Below, in pieces: positions 13,986 to 28,590 of a stretch of DNA of 64,000 nucleotides. The stretch lies in the NCBI RefSeq assembly GCF_009914755.1, contig NC_060926.1; one strand, written 5' to 3'. Every line of letters begins with the position of its first letter. The first letter of the stretch is position 1. Origin of the DNA: the human T2T-CHM13v2.0 reference genome, Homo sapiens. The notes under the pieces were generated by a model that saw only the letters and a program-made list of their open reading frames with translations, did not search any database and was not told the DNA's origin. The translations under genes and the position numbers were made by a program.

Positions 13986-15284
13986 AAAAGACTTAAAACT
14001 GGCATTTTAAGACTTTATTATATATTATTAAATATATATTAAATATAAATGTTATACACTTTAGCGCCTCTATCTCCCGGTCTCTGATTAGGAGCTTAAC
14101 TTTCCTAAGCCTCAATTAGTAAACACTTCTGGCCTAGCCACGTTGACCCGCCTCTCTCCTAACATCATCCATTACATTTCAGAAGCGCATGCAAAACTCT
14201 CCCACCTTCTGTTTCAACAGATATGTCAACTGATACAATTATACAATAATTGTATAAGATAATATTAGATTTAATCTCACAATCACACTCAGCTTGATTA
14301 CTAACCCTTCTCTTACATCTTGCTCACCTAAATTTATCTACATTTTCTGTGAATTGAAATAGCTTAGAAATGTATGCCATCTGTGTATTATAGTGTAAGT
14401 TATTGTAATATAGAAATATGGACTTTCTTTAACTCCCATTTGCTGCCTAGGAAATACCAATATTTTTTGAGCATGGCAAGTGTTTCCAAGCATTCAGAAG
14501 TGGAGAGTGTAGGAAATCCACTGCAGAATGAGGTCTGCTTGTCATCCTCTCAGTCTCAACTGCTCTCCCTCCTTCATCTCTCTCTGTTTCATTGATGAGT
14601 ATAGAAGATCAGGCATTTTTATATGAAATGAAAATTGATGGAACTAAGGTGTTGATTTGCATATCCAACCAACGATTTATTGAGTGTCCATTACAAGTTA
14701 AATTGTGTTGTAGAGAACAGCTCAGGAAACGAATGCTTGACATTGATGTTCATAACAGAAATACAAACATGCCATTAAAAAATCAGACCTCTTATGAGCA
14801 TCCAGATTCTCATGTAAATTTTGTGAAGCTCTTTCAAGATAAGAATGTAAAATTTCAAAAAAAACATTTTCACAAGTCATTCTTGAGACAGAAAAGTGGA
14901 AATAGAAGATCATATATGGTTGTTTCACTAGCTCAAAACTTAAGTACAGTTTTTAGTCAATTGAGAGCCATATCATTCTTATTTTATATGCTGTTATTCA
15001 TTAGAAACTACAAATTTTAAAAAATATTCGTCTCATTCTACGAATCAATCTAAACATTTCATTCATTTGGTTATATTTCTTCATTTTACCTGGTCTTGAA
15101 TACTTCTTTCCTGCCCAGCATTAAATTTAATTAATGTCTAATTTGTTTACTTGGTTTAGTTACTTTTGGCCACGTTCAGTACACTTGTTATGAAGCAGGC
15201 ATGTAGGAATGTTGACAAGTTTATGGTCCTCACTCTTCCAAATCCCAAATGGCAGCACCCCAACAGACACATACCACAATGTAA

Positions 15285-15370
15285 ACTCATACACATACAC
15301 ACACACACAATCCACACCCACCCATACTCACCCACCTACACACAGACACACACACACACACACACACACT
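15285..15370. repeat. (CA)n microsatellite
   Basis: Imperfect CA run leading into a pure cacacaca... run. Confidence 0.8.
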
Positions 15371-17372
15371 CCAGTGGACCAACACATGAAACACTCCACA
15401 GGCAAAGACATTATCCATCAGTGCACTACACACTTCTGTAAATTATCAGGACTCCTCAATTGAGGTGAGTCTACAGAGATTTCAAAGGCTATTTGAGTGC
15501 TAAGCTATCTAACTACTGGTTGGACACTATTTAAATAATGCGTTAAACACAACTCTTGAGGCTCTGAAGAATTTCTATGCTTTCCAATGAACCAGGAGTT
15601 ACAAGGTCCTGAAAACCACAAGTGTGTTACATCCTTTAATAGATAAAGCAAAGCTGATATTAATGTGAATATACTTTATATTTACTTCTATTCGTGTTAA
15701 TTTTTCTTTGCCTGTAATATACATTTTCATATAACGGGGAATAAGAAACATCTTAGGAAAAAGAAAACAAAAAATAAAATTTTGCTGTTTACACTGTGCC
15801 TTGGTCCAGTAACCCTGCACTGCACATATACACTTTAAATTGGTGTCTTGGGGAACCACTTCGGTATTTCATTTTAATAGTGCATCCTGGAGAATATATT
15901 TGAGTGGATCACATATTACAACTGATTTAAATTTTGACCCATATAGAAATAAGTTTTCAAAAATATGTCTGAAGCCTGGATACTGTAAAAATGTTTATCA
16001 TCATAGAAAAATAAAAGGTTAGCCATTAGTTACTCAGAAATTGTTCAGTAAATCTAAGACAACTTAGACATAAATAGTTATGAGTGAATATAGTTCATTA
16101 TTAATGTTTGTAAAAATTAATGCTGTCTTTTATGGTTGAGTAAAACTAGAAATGTAACTTAATTTGATAGAGATAAATGACATAAACTTTACATAAAGCA
16201 AGAGAATAATAGATGTGTAAAAATGTTTTATAGATAAGATTTTAAGATGAAATTGTGCTAAATAACATGAATCAAATGTGTTTTGCATACTACATCTGCA
16301 GCTACAACATCACAGCCTTTTAAGTATTTCATTAACTTCAAAATGTAACTTATTGCTGAAACAATATGATTTAATGAATTGAGATAACGGGTAATGATTG
16401 GTGTCAGCTGAAAGCAATGCTACACTTTTAAAGTTAGATTTCTTTGTGTATTAATACAAACACCAGAGAAGATGGTCAATAAAGTAATTACTGTACAATG
16501 ACTATCATAATACTTAAACCTGGAAGAAAATCAGTAAATGTTAAGTGAATAGAATTGGTGAATTGCTTCCATTTTATACAATTTTTTGTTCATTTTAGGG
16601 CTTACCAAAACTTGCAGCTCTGAATAAGGCCCAATTATTTACTCCTTCAAATAAAACAAGGCTGCAAGAATAAGTGTGAATGCTTTGTTTTGTTTTGTTT
16701 TTCACTGAAATATTCCAGTCTGTACCTGCTCCAAATCACACTGATCTTTCTAGAGTCTGATACAGGTCCTGGTCTCAAGGCCAGTGTTACCATAATCACC
16801 ATCTTTTGTGCTTCAAGGTTGAGCCCTCCTAATTTACCTGCATGAAATTGGAAAAGTCCCATTTCATACTTTAAGCAACCCAGATGTCTCTTTCACTGAA
16901 AGTGGTATTCTTCTTGTGTGTGTGTTTTTTTTTTGCAGCAAATGATGTCAACTTCTACCTACACCTGACATCTCAATTAACTTTTGACATTTTCTTCTTC
17001 ACATTTCCATTTCAAATCACCAAGTATTGTCAGATTTTACCTTCTCTCTATTTCTTGAATGAATTTTTCTCTTTCTATCTTCATTGCCATCATGGATTCC
17101 AGCCCATCACTCTCTCACCTGGGCTATGGTGAGAACCTCTAAAGTGCTCTCCCTGATTCTCTCTCCAAAAATGGTTCTGTGCTATATCTGGAATGATTAC
17201 TTGAAATGCAAATACAATTTGCATTGTAAATTGCTTTGCTTAAAAACTCCCAAAGACTTCACGTTAGTACTAGGATAAATAGCAAGAGTCCAAAAATGGG
17301 TTCAAGCAGTACAAAATTTGTTTCCTTTCTCTTTCCCCCCTCTTGTGGCATGAACATTGTTGAACTAAATGA

Positions 17373-17781
<409 letters not shown>

Positions 17782-19185
17782 AGCTCTTACTCTTATTTTA
17801 GTTTGCTCTTCATCTTCCCCACGAAGGGAAGCCTTACCTGATATCCCTAAATATGAAAGGCTTTCATAACAGTGCATACCTTTTCTCTGTTATTTATAAT
17901 ATTGTTTTTAGGTTTTTATATTTTTATTACTATTTATAATAGATACATCTGAGCATGCTCTTTGATAATAAGTCTAATAAAGTTTTGATGCATTTAGTAA
18001 TTCAGTACAAAATTGTTTTCCATAAGCCATGATTCTAGAGATTGAGGGGAAAGTGCAGTGGTAATCTGTCCCAAGTGGAAGGACAAATAGCCAAGCAATG
18101 TTGACCTACCCATTCATCTCTCAAAAACAGGGTTAAGATATTGATTCTCCTGTTTTCAGGATGAAGCAGGGACAGGGAGTTTCTTGTTATCCTCTCAACT
18201 CACTCTTTTTATGGAAAAAGTAATTAATCTGATAAATGACCCAAAAGATTTTGATGTTTAAGGTGGTGATTCCAAGAAGTTGAAATAAAAAGACTTCAGA
18301 GCCCATCTCTCTCAATCACTATCTTTGGTCTCTTGAGGATGCTTGTGCACAAAATAGGGAGCACCTATGTAAGAGCTGCATAGGCTGGCTCAGTCCGGCT
18401 ACTGGTTTCATAAATCCAACTTTTCCAAGCATGATGGAATGTCAGAATCCCGTGAGCCAAAAGTTTTATGATGAGAGAGGAAGAATGATATTTTACTCCC
18501 CAACCTAATTTTAAAATTAAATTTTAAACAAAGTTAATAAAGTTAACAAACTTGAATACACACACACCCATGCATATACCCATGCACACGCACACAGGAT
18601 TCTTGCATTCTTTTTTTGTTTAATCATTCATGAGAAATGGTTGGATTTTGTATTTTCTATCTACCAATACTTGCGCAAACTCTGGCTGCAAAACTTTTGT
18701 TGGTCAAACATTAGCATTTGGGAAACCACATCCCTGCTGAGAGATAGAAGATCTTGATACAGCCTTAACTACATCATCAGTAGACATGGGACTGTTTTTA
18801 ACCAGAAGGAGGCAAATGGCTTCCAGATGGTTGTGTAGCTGGTTTTAACAGTAGCCTGCAGTGGCTTTTTGACAGACATAAACCTTACTAGTTATTATTA
18901 GGCTTCAGAGCATTAGTATGAAGTTTTAATTTGCTTATGTTAGGGATGAGAAGGTAGCACTATCCTAGATGCCCTAAATATTGCTCCTTGTCACTTTTCC
19001 CCCACTGAATTCAGAGGTAATCTGGGGACTGTGTCTAAAATGGTCTTATATTCATGTGTTTGCCATGGGTTTCTGAAGCTTTCATTCTGAACATGGTCTC
19101 AACTTGGCTCTTGAGGACTAATTTCATTACACATGATCATAGGCATAAATTTAAATTTGTGGAGAATTGTTTTGTACATCCCACA

Positions 19186-20153
19186 TGAAGGGGTGACCTG
19201 CCCCTCCACACCTGTGGGTGTTTCTCATTGGGTGGGATGAGAGGCTGAGAAAAGAAAGAGACACAGAGACAAAGTATAGAGAAAGAAACATGGGCCCAGG
19301 GTACCGGCACTCAGCATATGGAGGATCCACGCTGGCACTGGTCTCTGAGTTCCCTCAGTATTTATTGATCATTATCTCTACCATCTCAGAGAGGGGGATG
19401 TGGCAGGGCAATAGGGTAATAGTGGGGAGAGGGTCAGCAGGAAAACATGTGAACAAATGTCTGTGTGCCATAAACAAGGTTAGAAAAGGTGCTGTGCTTT
19501 GAGGTGCACATACATAAACATCTCGGTGCATTAAAGAGCAGTATTGCGGCCAGCATGTCTCACCTCCAGCCTTAAGGCGGTTTTCTCCTTATCTCAGTTG
19601 ATGGAACATACAATCAGGTTTTACACTGAGACATTCCATTGCCCAGGGATGAGCAGGAGACAGATGCCTTCCTCTTATCTCAACTGCAAAGAGGCCTTCC
19701 TCTTTTACTAATCCTCCTCAGCACAGACCCTTTATGGGTGTCTGGCTGGGGGATGGTCAGGTCTTTCCCTTCCCATGAGGCCATATCTCAGACTATCACT
19801 TGGGGAGAAATTTTGGACAATACCTGGCTTTCCTAGGCAGAGGTCCCTGCAGCCTTCCGCAGTGTATTGTGTCCCTGGGTACTTGAGATTAGAGAGTGGT
19901 GATGACTTTTAACAAGCAAACTGCCTTCAAGCACTTGTTTAACAAAGCACATCCTGCATAGCCCTAAATCCATTAAACCTTGAGTCAACACAGTGCATGT
20001 CTCTGCCAGCACAGGGTTGGGGGTAGGGTTACAGATTAACAGCATCTCAAGGTAGAAGAATTTTTCTTAATACAGAACAAAATGGAGTCTCTTGTGTCTA
20101 CTTCTTTCTACACAGACACAGTAACAGTCTGATCTCTCTTTCTTTTCCCCACA
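19186..20153 (-). mobile_element. Solo LTR5 of HERV-K(HML-2), LTR5A/B-type ends
   Basis: Reverse complement starts TGTGGGGAAAAGAAAGAGAGATCAGACTGTTACTGTGTCTGTGTAGAAAGAAGTAGACA and ends CCACAGGTGTGGAGGGGCAGGTCACCCCTTCA; 968 bp; TSD CCACA at 19181-19185 / 20154-20158. Confidence 0.95.
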
Positions 20154-21109
20154 CCACAGAATCTGGATTCACTACCAAGAGACTGTAGCATTTATCAAAA
20201 AGAAGATAAAGAGAAATAAGAGTTCTTGTTGTCTAGGGAATATATCATCTTCTTTGGGTAATGCCTATTAATGCTCCTCAAAATAGCTAGAGCATTCAAG
20301 CTTTGTAACGAGTTCACAATGAGAGAAGTAGCTTCTACTAGAAATTAAATATGTTACTTCTTTCAATGAGTAACTATTGCTACAAGAATATGTTTGCTGA
20401 ATAAATTAGCACATTTATTGACATAATTGATTTGCATACTGTGGCAGCACTTCATGGACCAAACCCTAAGTCCCATGAAAAATTGAATAGAATTATTTGA
20501 CAGTGAAGTATCATTGGAAAAGCCTGGCTCTAGTTCTCAGGAAGCAATCTGGTTGATTATGTGTTTTCAGTGTGTAGTCATAATACAACTGTATATCACT
20601 AGTGTACATCAGACACTTTGTGCACTCTACATATATTTTCTCATTTGATCCTTCAATACATGCATAAGAGAAGAAATAGACGTGGATTTAATTGCTCCGC
20701 TAGGGTCAAAGACCAAAAACCTCATTACAATGCCAATGTTAGAAATTCTTATTCCAATTAAAATAAAGTTACCAAAGACAATTGTTCCTGCCATAATGAG
20801 AAAATATTGGATGAACTTTAAAAAATTATTATTTTTTTGTTTAAAGCCATCAAAAAATTGTGGGCCTAAAGTTTCAATGAACTAAATTTCAGAGAAAAAC
20901 AAGCCCTTCCTTGGTGATCACAGATTAGCAGCAGAGCCCATCTCTGAGGACATTTGCTGGATCTGGGAACTTGAGTAGGTAGAAGAACAAGCCTACAATG
21001 TGCAGAGACAGCTGGAACACTGGGAATAAGCAAAATAATCTACAGGGAACTGCAAGAGGGACTGAAAACTAGAAAGATCACGTGTTCTCCTCACACTTAC
21101 TTATTTCCA

Positions 21110-21410
21110 CTTAAGAGACAGGGTCTCATTCTGTCACCCAGGCTATGGTGCAGTGGAATAACCATTGTTCACTGCAGCCTCAAACTCCTCCCTCAGGTGA
21201 TCCTCCTGCTTCAGCCTCTCCAGTACATGGAACTACAGGTGCACGACATCATGCTTGGCTAATTTTTAATTTTTTTGTGTGGACACAAAAGCCGACTAGG
21301 TTGCCCAGGCTGGTCTAGAACTCTTGGCCTCAAGTGTTCTTCCTGCCTTGACCCCCACCCTCTCCAATCAAGTACTGGGATTACAGGTGTGAGTCACCAC
21401 ATCTGGCCTC
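21110..21410 (-). mobile_element. AluJ-like element
   Basis: gagacagggtctcattctgtcacccaggct...cactgcagcctcaaactcct...ctgggattacaggtgtgagtcaccacatctggcc. Confidence 0.85.
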
Positions 21411-22147
21411 CCCTAGCATTTAGATACTAAACTGTTGGAAAAATGAGTAAAAAATAAATATAAGTAGCATTTTGAGTATTTCTTCCCATACACCCATGGA
21501 TTGTTTAGTGTATCTTACTACTTCACAAAGGAGACCATTCCTGCATCAAACTATATAAACTAAGTATTTAAATTTGATTTTTGCCCTACAATAAGCTCTA
21601 TGCCAGAGCTCATTACATTTGAATTTGACAATCTGTTTTTATACCACAGTTGCAAAAAATTAATCACATTCTTTACTTCATGAGACATTATCATTATTGT
21701 TTCCTACAAGTTTCTCTGGTTTTACTTGTTTCATTTTTTTATTCCTTATCCCTTGTCAAAGACAGGCATGCTAATGTGTTTGACATAGGTTCTTTACTCT
21801 TAAAGAATTCTTACAAGATAAGAAGGTTGTTTTCTGAGTGTGTGTATGTGTATATACATGAGTGTATACATTTTGCTTAAAGAGTATTGTGCTATAAATC
21901 TAATTTTATTTCTAATTTTTTCACAGAGCATAACATCCTTCATACATTCCCACATTGCTGTAGGTTATTTTTGGTTGTTTATTCCCCTGTAGCTGCTGCA
22001 TAGTTTTCAATAAAATGAATCAACCACATTTTCCCTATCCAGTCTTGCAGTAGAATTCACACTGATATCCTGCTACTGAAATATTCACTTCCTTATGGTA
22101 TCCTTATGAAAACACTGTTTGGTCATGTGTCACAGTTTGTCAGGGGC

Positions 22148-22785
22148 TGTGTTAGTCTCTTTGTATCGCTAAGAAGACATACCCAATGCTGGGTAATTTA
22201 TTTATTTATTTTTTAATAAAAGAGGTTTATCTTGGTTCAGTGTTCTGCAGACTGCACAGGAAGCAATGGCATCTGCTCTGAGTGAGGCCTCAAGAAGCTT
22301 ACAATCATGGCAGAAGGTGAAGGGGAGCCAGTGTGTCACATTGTCAGAGAGGGAGTAAGAGAGAGAAGGGGGCAGTCCCAGGCTGTTTCTAACAATCAGA
22401 TCTCTATGAACTCACTGAGAAGAACTCACTCAAGTGGATTGTGCTAAACCAAGCTTGTCCAACCTGCAGCCTGTGGGCTGAATGCAGGTCAGAACAGCTT
22501 TGAATGTGGCCCAAATTTGTCAACTTTGTTAAAACATAAGAGTGTGTGTGTGTGTGTGTGTGTGTGTTTAGCTCATCAGCTATTTTTAGTGTATTTTATG
22601 TGTGGCCCAAGAAAATTCTTCTTCCATTGTGGTCCAGGGAAGCCAAAAGGTTGGACATTCCTGTGCTAAACTATTCATAAGGGATCCACCCCATGATCCA
22701 ATACCTCTCACTGGGCCCCACCTCCAACATGGGGGATCACATTTCAGCATGAGATTTGGAGGGGACACACATCCAAACTATATCA
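22148..22785. mobile_element. MST (MaLR) solo LTR interrupted by MER30
   Basis: tgtgttagtc...gctgggtaattta...agaggtttatcttgg...caatcatggcagaaggtgaagggg; resumes after MER30 with ccccatgatccaatacctc...gagatttggaggggacacacatccaaactatatca. Confidence 0.85.
22450..22663. mobile_element. MER30 (hAT/Charlie MITE) with 8-bp TSD
   Basis: Imperfect TIRs CAAGCTTGTCCAA ... TTGGACATTCCTG; TSD TGCTAAAC at 22442-22449 / 22664-22671; internal (TG)n. Confidence 0.85.
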
Positions 22786-23421
22786 GGGATATGTACCCAT
22801 CATCGAGACAGGTTGTAGAGTATGCATACTTTCAAATGGGTCCTGTCATGTTATTTTCTGAAATGGTTAATACCATTTAATTTCCCATCCATTGCCTATA
22901 AAGGTTGTTTTCCTCATATCCTCATCACTCAATGTTACCTAGGATTCTTATATTTTCTAAGCAAGTGGTGAAAATACAGATCTCATTTTATTTGTGTATA
23001 TTTGCATTTGTCAGATTGTTAATAATGTATTGGAATTTTTTGGCTCATTTTTCTATTGAGTTTCCTATCTTCTTTGTTCATCTGAATATCAATCATATTC
23101 ACTTTGCCCTAAGCAGTGTCAACATTTTCTATTACTCTGTCATATATCTGATAACTTTGTATGCCAGCCTTTATTGAAATGAGTCTATGATTTTTCTACT
23201 TCTTCTAAAGTTTATGTATTTAATTAAATTTGTTGGTTTAGTATATCTTTAATTAAACTGTAACAACAGCCCCAAATCTATGTTTTGTTGGGTTCATTCA
23301 GATTTAGAATTCAGATAACTTTTTGGAGGATAAATTCTTTGTATCATAATGAAGAATGGCTATCATAATGCAATATGATTATTTCTGCCAACGCTTATTG
23401 TTTCATAGTCTACTTTGTTTA

Positions 23422-23852
23422 TGTGGTCAGGAGGAAAAGACCTGAATGCCCTTGACCAACTCAGCTTTCTGTATCTCCTAATTCTCAGGATAATTTTAGA
23501 ATGTTCCAAGAAGACAATATCCTGAGATGAGTAGAAACTGTCTGGGACAGTCTGGAATCTGTCCTTGTTGTTCCTAGAACAGGATATCCCTGCAACTCTT
23601 AAACTCAGAGAGCCAAGGTGCACATGGGGTGTGAAACCTAGGGTGGAGCACTCAGGGGTTCCTCAGCGCAGTACACAGTGGGGCATGTGCAGAGGAGACT
23701 CCGTCAACCCTGGGCAACTTTTCTGACCTCAAGGGTCAGACTTGCCATAGAACTTAGGCTTTTGCTGATTCTTCCTGCTCCTCTGTGAGTAATAAATTTG
23801 GTTTGCCTGACTTACTGTGTCAGCATTCTTGTTTCTGGCAGCTTGGTTTACA
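23422..23852 (+). mobile_element. Possible old solo LTR, family unassigned
   Basis: TG...CA-bounded ~430 bp with AATAAA near the 3' end (gagtaataaatttggtttgcctgactt). Confidence 0.3.
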
Positions 23853-24589
23853 TAAAAAACCTCCTGCTAGACCTATGAATCTATGCAATGTGGAAGTGTC
23901 ATAGAGGTAAATAAGCAACTTAACTGAGTTGAAAACTAACATACATAACATGGGGCCACTGCCCCATGGGGCAAAATGATCCTGCCAAAAAATCTCATGT
24001 GACCATTCCAGACATACTGTGGAAGAAGAAGGATGTGGAAACTCAGAGAGATCTGAAGATCTTATCCAAGCCAACAGGAGGCTAATAAAGCAAGAGAATT
24101 CCACTGTACTCTGATTCAAGAGTACAAGCTTCATCTCAGAGAAGAGCAATGCAATGGCCCCAGCGATCAGACCAGAGAGACCCTCTGCCACAGAGAAAGC
24201 AGAGGTCTAGAGAACAGCATGAAGACAGTAAGAGACTTCAGATTCACTATCCCTTTGCCTTGAGGCCACAGAAAGCCCAAAGCATCTGAACATCTTCCTA
24301 GAGGCATTTAACTAAAAGAGAGCTATTGAAACTTGAAGAAAAATGTGAATCAAGAAGCTAAATTTAAAGATATGCTACTTTCTCCAACCCTCCCTGACCA
24401 ATTAACCATAGGATGAGTCCAGTGAGATAAAGCATATCATTTATTCAAAATACAAAAGTTATATGTTCTTTATGTGAGCAGAAATATGTTCTAACTTTAC
24501 TCAATAAATGTATTTTGTTTTACTACTAGAAACAGTAATTTTCACTTGGTCATTATTTTATAATTATCTCTATTTAAATTAGTATAGCT

Positions 24590-25095
24590 CACTCCTGGGT
24601 ACCTACCTAGAGGAAAAGAAGTCATATGAAAAAGACACATGTACACACATTCATAGCAGCACAATTCACAGTTGCAAAAATGTGGAACCAGGTTAAATGT
24701 CTATCAACCAATGAGTGGACAAAGAAAATGTGTTATAGATACACCATGGAATACTACTCAGCCCTAAAAAGGAATCAAATAATGGCACTTGCAGCAACCT
24801 GGATGGAGTTACAGATGATTATTCTAAGTGAAGTAACTCAGGAATAAAAAACAAATATTGTATGTTCTCACTTATAAGTGGGAGCTAAGCTATGAGGGTG
24901 TAAAGGCTTAAGAATGATTTAATGGACTTTGGGGACTCCGAGGGAAGATTGGGGGGTGAGGGATAAAACACTACGCATTGGGTACAATGTACACTACTCG
25001 AGTAATGCATACACCAAAATCTCAGAAATCACCACTAAGTAACTTTTCCATGTAACCAAAAACCACCTGTTTCCCAAAAACTATTGCAATAAAGT
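24590..25095 (+). mobile_element. L1 (L1PB/L1MA-like) 3' end
   Basis: ORF2 C-terminal remnant (FIAAQFTVAKMWNQ.KCLSTNEWTKKM...YTMEYYSALKRNQIM..AATWMEL..IILSEVTQE), then 3' UTR and AATAAA at ~25088. Confidence 0.9.
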
Positions 25096-25104
25096 AATAT
25101 ATAT

Positions 25105-26290
25105 GAAAACAATCAACATGATAGTCTTGAGGTGCAACATTCACTGGGTTTCATATGGGAGAAAAATAGCTAAAATCAAACACATGGACAGGCAGTCAGA
25201 ACAATGTCCATCATATACATAGTAAAATTAATACAAGAACAAACATTCATGAGTGGAGTCCATTTGGAATAGCCCGCAGTGGAGACATATGCCTTAGGGC
25301 ACACATAACTCAGGGAGAAAATGTATAATTTTACTCAATGTGAAAACATCTTCAGAAATAACTCAGTCCGTGCTGTCCAGATGCAGTCCTGTACTGTAGA
25401 GATGAAGAATAAGAATCATCAAAGTGGAAAAACCTCTGTCCCTGCTCCAAATTCTGGTTCACACAGGAGTAGTACTACGGGAGAGAAAAGCTGTACATGT
25501 CCCAAATGAAGGAAAGCCTTTAGGTATCAGTCATTTCTTATGCGACATTATGAAAATTCACACTGGGGAGAAACCTTATGAATGTAACAAAAGTCAGAAA
25601 GGCTTTAGATCTTCCCTACACCTTAATAAACATTTAAGAAAGAACACTTTGGAGAAGCCCTATGGATGTAAGGAATGTGGGAAAGCCTTCAGCAAGCCTC
25701 AAAACATGCACATATAAGGAGTCATGCTGGAAAAAACCCTATAAATGTGGAAAAGACTTGCAAAGTCATCAGAATTAAAAGCCATCTTAAGATTTACAAT
25801 AGTGAGAAGCCCTGTGAGTGAAAGGCAGGGAAATCATCATTAATTTTTCACCAAACTGAACATGTGAGGGGTACATACTGGAAGGGAGCTCAATGAGTTA
25901 ACATGCATGAGAACATCTTTCCTGAACTCTCCTATCTTACAGAAGTGTGAAAAGAAACCCTCTGAAGGTAAAGTCTATGGAAAGCCTTTCATCTTCCTTC
26001 ATCTTGAGTAGGTATTTGTTCTCACTAGAGAGAAGCTATGAAAGTAAGGAATATGAAAAAAAGCCTCAGTGTTGCCTCAGACTCATAGTTCATACAAGAA
26101 TTCACACAGCAGAGACTGCTTATGGAAGTAAAAAATGCAGAAAATACCTCTTTAAACACTATCCCTCCTTTATACATGATTCCACACCCTGGAGGGAGAC
26201 TACAATTGAATAAATATAAGAAAGCTTTCAGTTCCAGCTCTTCACTTATTGGGCATGAACGAGCACAGGGTAGGACTGAAGCACAGTAAA
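25105..26290 (+). pseudogene. ZNF114: Degenerate C2H2 zinc-finger last-exon remnant, ZNF114-like
   Basis: MYNFTQCENIFRNNSV.AVQMQ...APNSGSH....GEK...CP, then [12 protein letters not shown]....[15 protein letters not shown]...[12 protein letters not shown], ending EKPCE* at ~25820. Internal stops and frameshifts; further decayed finger-like sequence to ~26290. Matches ZNF114 as I recall it. Confidence 0.8.
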
Positions 26291-26799
26291 TGTTAACAAT
26301 TGTTGCCTTTATCATTGTCTTATCCCTCAATTAGAACTCAAATTCATAATTTTGTAGTTTTTCCTTTCTTAAAAAATGGTATAAGATGACAGATATCTGT
26401 CTTAGCACCCTTTCCCCTCTGCCACCTTAATGTTGCTATGTGATAGCTTTGTTACAAGTCACTTACATACACATGGTTTCATTTTCAATGTGAAGCCCTT
26501 CTGAGCTCCATTCAATTTAGATTTAGAATTCGTATGCTCCATGATACCTTTTTTGTCAGTTTGTTTTTGTTGGTCACAATTTGACTGCATTATGGTCACA
26601 TTATGTGGTTTTAATGGTACTGATTTGGGGTACCTGTTATGACTTTCATTTTGGTCTAATGTGGCCAATGCTGTCCATTTCCCTGCTATATCCGTTATTC
26701 TCATCTTCTTCACTAAGGGAACATAGATTCACTTTTTCCAAGGAGCACTGTTTAAATGTATTTATGTGTTTATCCACATTTTATTATTTAATTTATAAT

Positions 26800-27092
26800 T
26801 TTTTGAAAAATGGTCTCACTCTGTCTCCCAGGCTGGAGTGCAGTGGCATAATCAAAGCTCATGCAGCCTTGAACTCCTCATGTGATCTCCCAGCTCAGAC
26901 TCCTGAGTAGGTAGGACTGCAGGCATAACAGGTGTGCACCACCGCACCCAGCTTTTGTTTTGTTTTGTTTTTGTAGAGACTGGGTCTCGTTATGTTACCT
27001 GGACTGGTTTCAAATTCCTGTGCTCAAGTGATTCTCCCACCTTGGCCTCCCAAATTGCTGGAATTACAGGCATGAGCCACCATGCCTGGCCC
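26800..27092 (-). mobile_element. AluJ-like element
   Basis: ggtctcactctgtctcccaggctggagtgcagtggc...gcagccttgaactcct...ttacaggcatgagccaccatgcctggcc. Confidence 0.87.
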
Positions 27093-28029
27093 TGGCTTAT
27101 GTCTTTAAATGAGTTTCCCAGTTTTTCTCATAACTGTAGTGAGCAGAGCTTATAGTCCTGGCCAATGTGAAATGCAGAATTCACTGCTTTGGATTTCTGA
27201 AAATCTGTTTGGAAAGGGGAGAGTTATTGTTCTTCTTTTCTCTTAACCAAGTTCCCTTTGCTCTCTCTGCTTGCTGCTCACTTCAAATAAGATGAAGTGC
27301 CCTGAGTTGGGTTTAGCAACTTGAAGACAATTGGAACGATTGTCCCTACAACAAAACCTTCAATCTACAAGATTTCTCCCTCCCCAATGGCATGTAGGGT
27401 ATCCCTGGCTGCCCTGGACTATTTCTGGACTTATTTCATGAAACTAACCCCTAGTAGAACTAAGAAACATTTTAGGAGAGATGTTTATAACAGATTAAAT
27501 GATAAACCTAAAAAATGAATAAAACATATTATAAAGAGAATAGACAAAATGGGCTTGCAGATGCTGACTGGCCACACTCATCTTTGGCACTCGCCCCCAT
27601 GGATGCCTCACCGACTGTGACACTTGGAGAGCTGGCAGCCATCACTCAAAAAATCAGAACACAGTGGCCTCTACTGCAGCATCAGGGAATAAAAAATAAG
27701 CTTGTCAGCTCTGAAGAAACATACTTGTGTGTGTGTGTATATATATATGTGTGTGTGTGTGTTTGTGTGTGACAAATTTATTCAGTGACTTTGAGGTATC
27801 TCATGCTAAACAGATAAAATGAATTAAAACTAGTGCAAAGTTACGGCAACAGTACTCCCCATTATGTATCCAGGGCATTGAAAATTGGCACACATCACAG
27901 ATCCTTAAGTAATTCTCTGAACCAGGAGAACAGAGAGAGCTCACTGTATGTGCCAGTCACTGGACTGAGTGCTGTGCCTACAGGATCCCACTTGATGCTT
28001 GCAATAACCCTGCAAGATGAAAGTAAAAA

Positions 28030-28430
28030 CTCACACACACACATATAAAAACTCACACACAAACACACACACTCACACACATATACTCACACACATAAAC
28101 TCACACGCACACATATAAACTCACACAAACACACTCACACAAACACACACATAAACACACACTCACACACAAACACACACACATATAAACTCAAACACAC
28201 ATATAAACATACACACACACAAACACACACACATAAACTCACAAACACATATAAACACACACAAACACATACACACACATAAACTCACACACATACACAA
28301 ACTCACACATAAACACACACACATACACAAACACACACACACACATAAACACACACATAAACACACACACACTCACACACATAAACACACACACACATAA
28401 ACTCACACACACACACTCAAGCACACACTA
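28030..28430. repeat. Compound CA-rich minisatellite (CACACACATAAACT / CACACAAA variants)
   Basis: ~400 bp of CA runs punctuated by ATAAAC(T) and AAAC. Confidence 0.9.
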
Positions 28431-28477
28431 GAAACTACAGAACAAAAAAGCACTGATAACTAATAGAAGTACAGTGC

Positions 28478-28590
28478 TGGCCAAGCAAAGTGGCTCATGC
28501 CTATAATCTCGGCACTTTAGGCCAGGAGTTCAAGACAAGCCTGGGCAACATAGCAAGACACCATCTCCACAAAACATTTTCTTAAATAAA
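28478..28590 (+). mobile_element. Alu monomer (FLAM-like) fragment
   Basis: ggccaagcaaagtggctcatgcctataatctcggcacttt..ggccaggagttcaagacaagcctgggcaacatagcaagac. Confidence 0.75.

Noticed and set aside
28163-28424. Cys/Val-rich ORFs
   Set aside because: Translation of a (TG)n-rich simple repeat.
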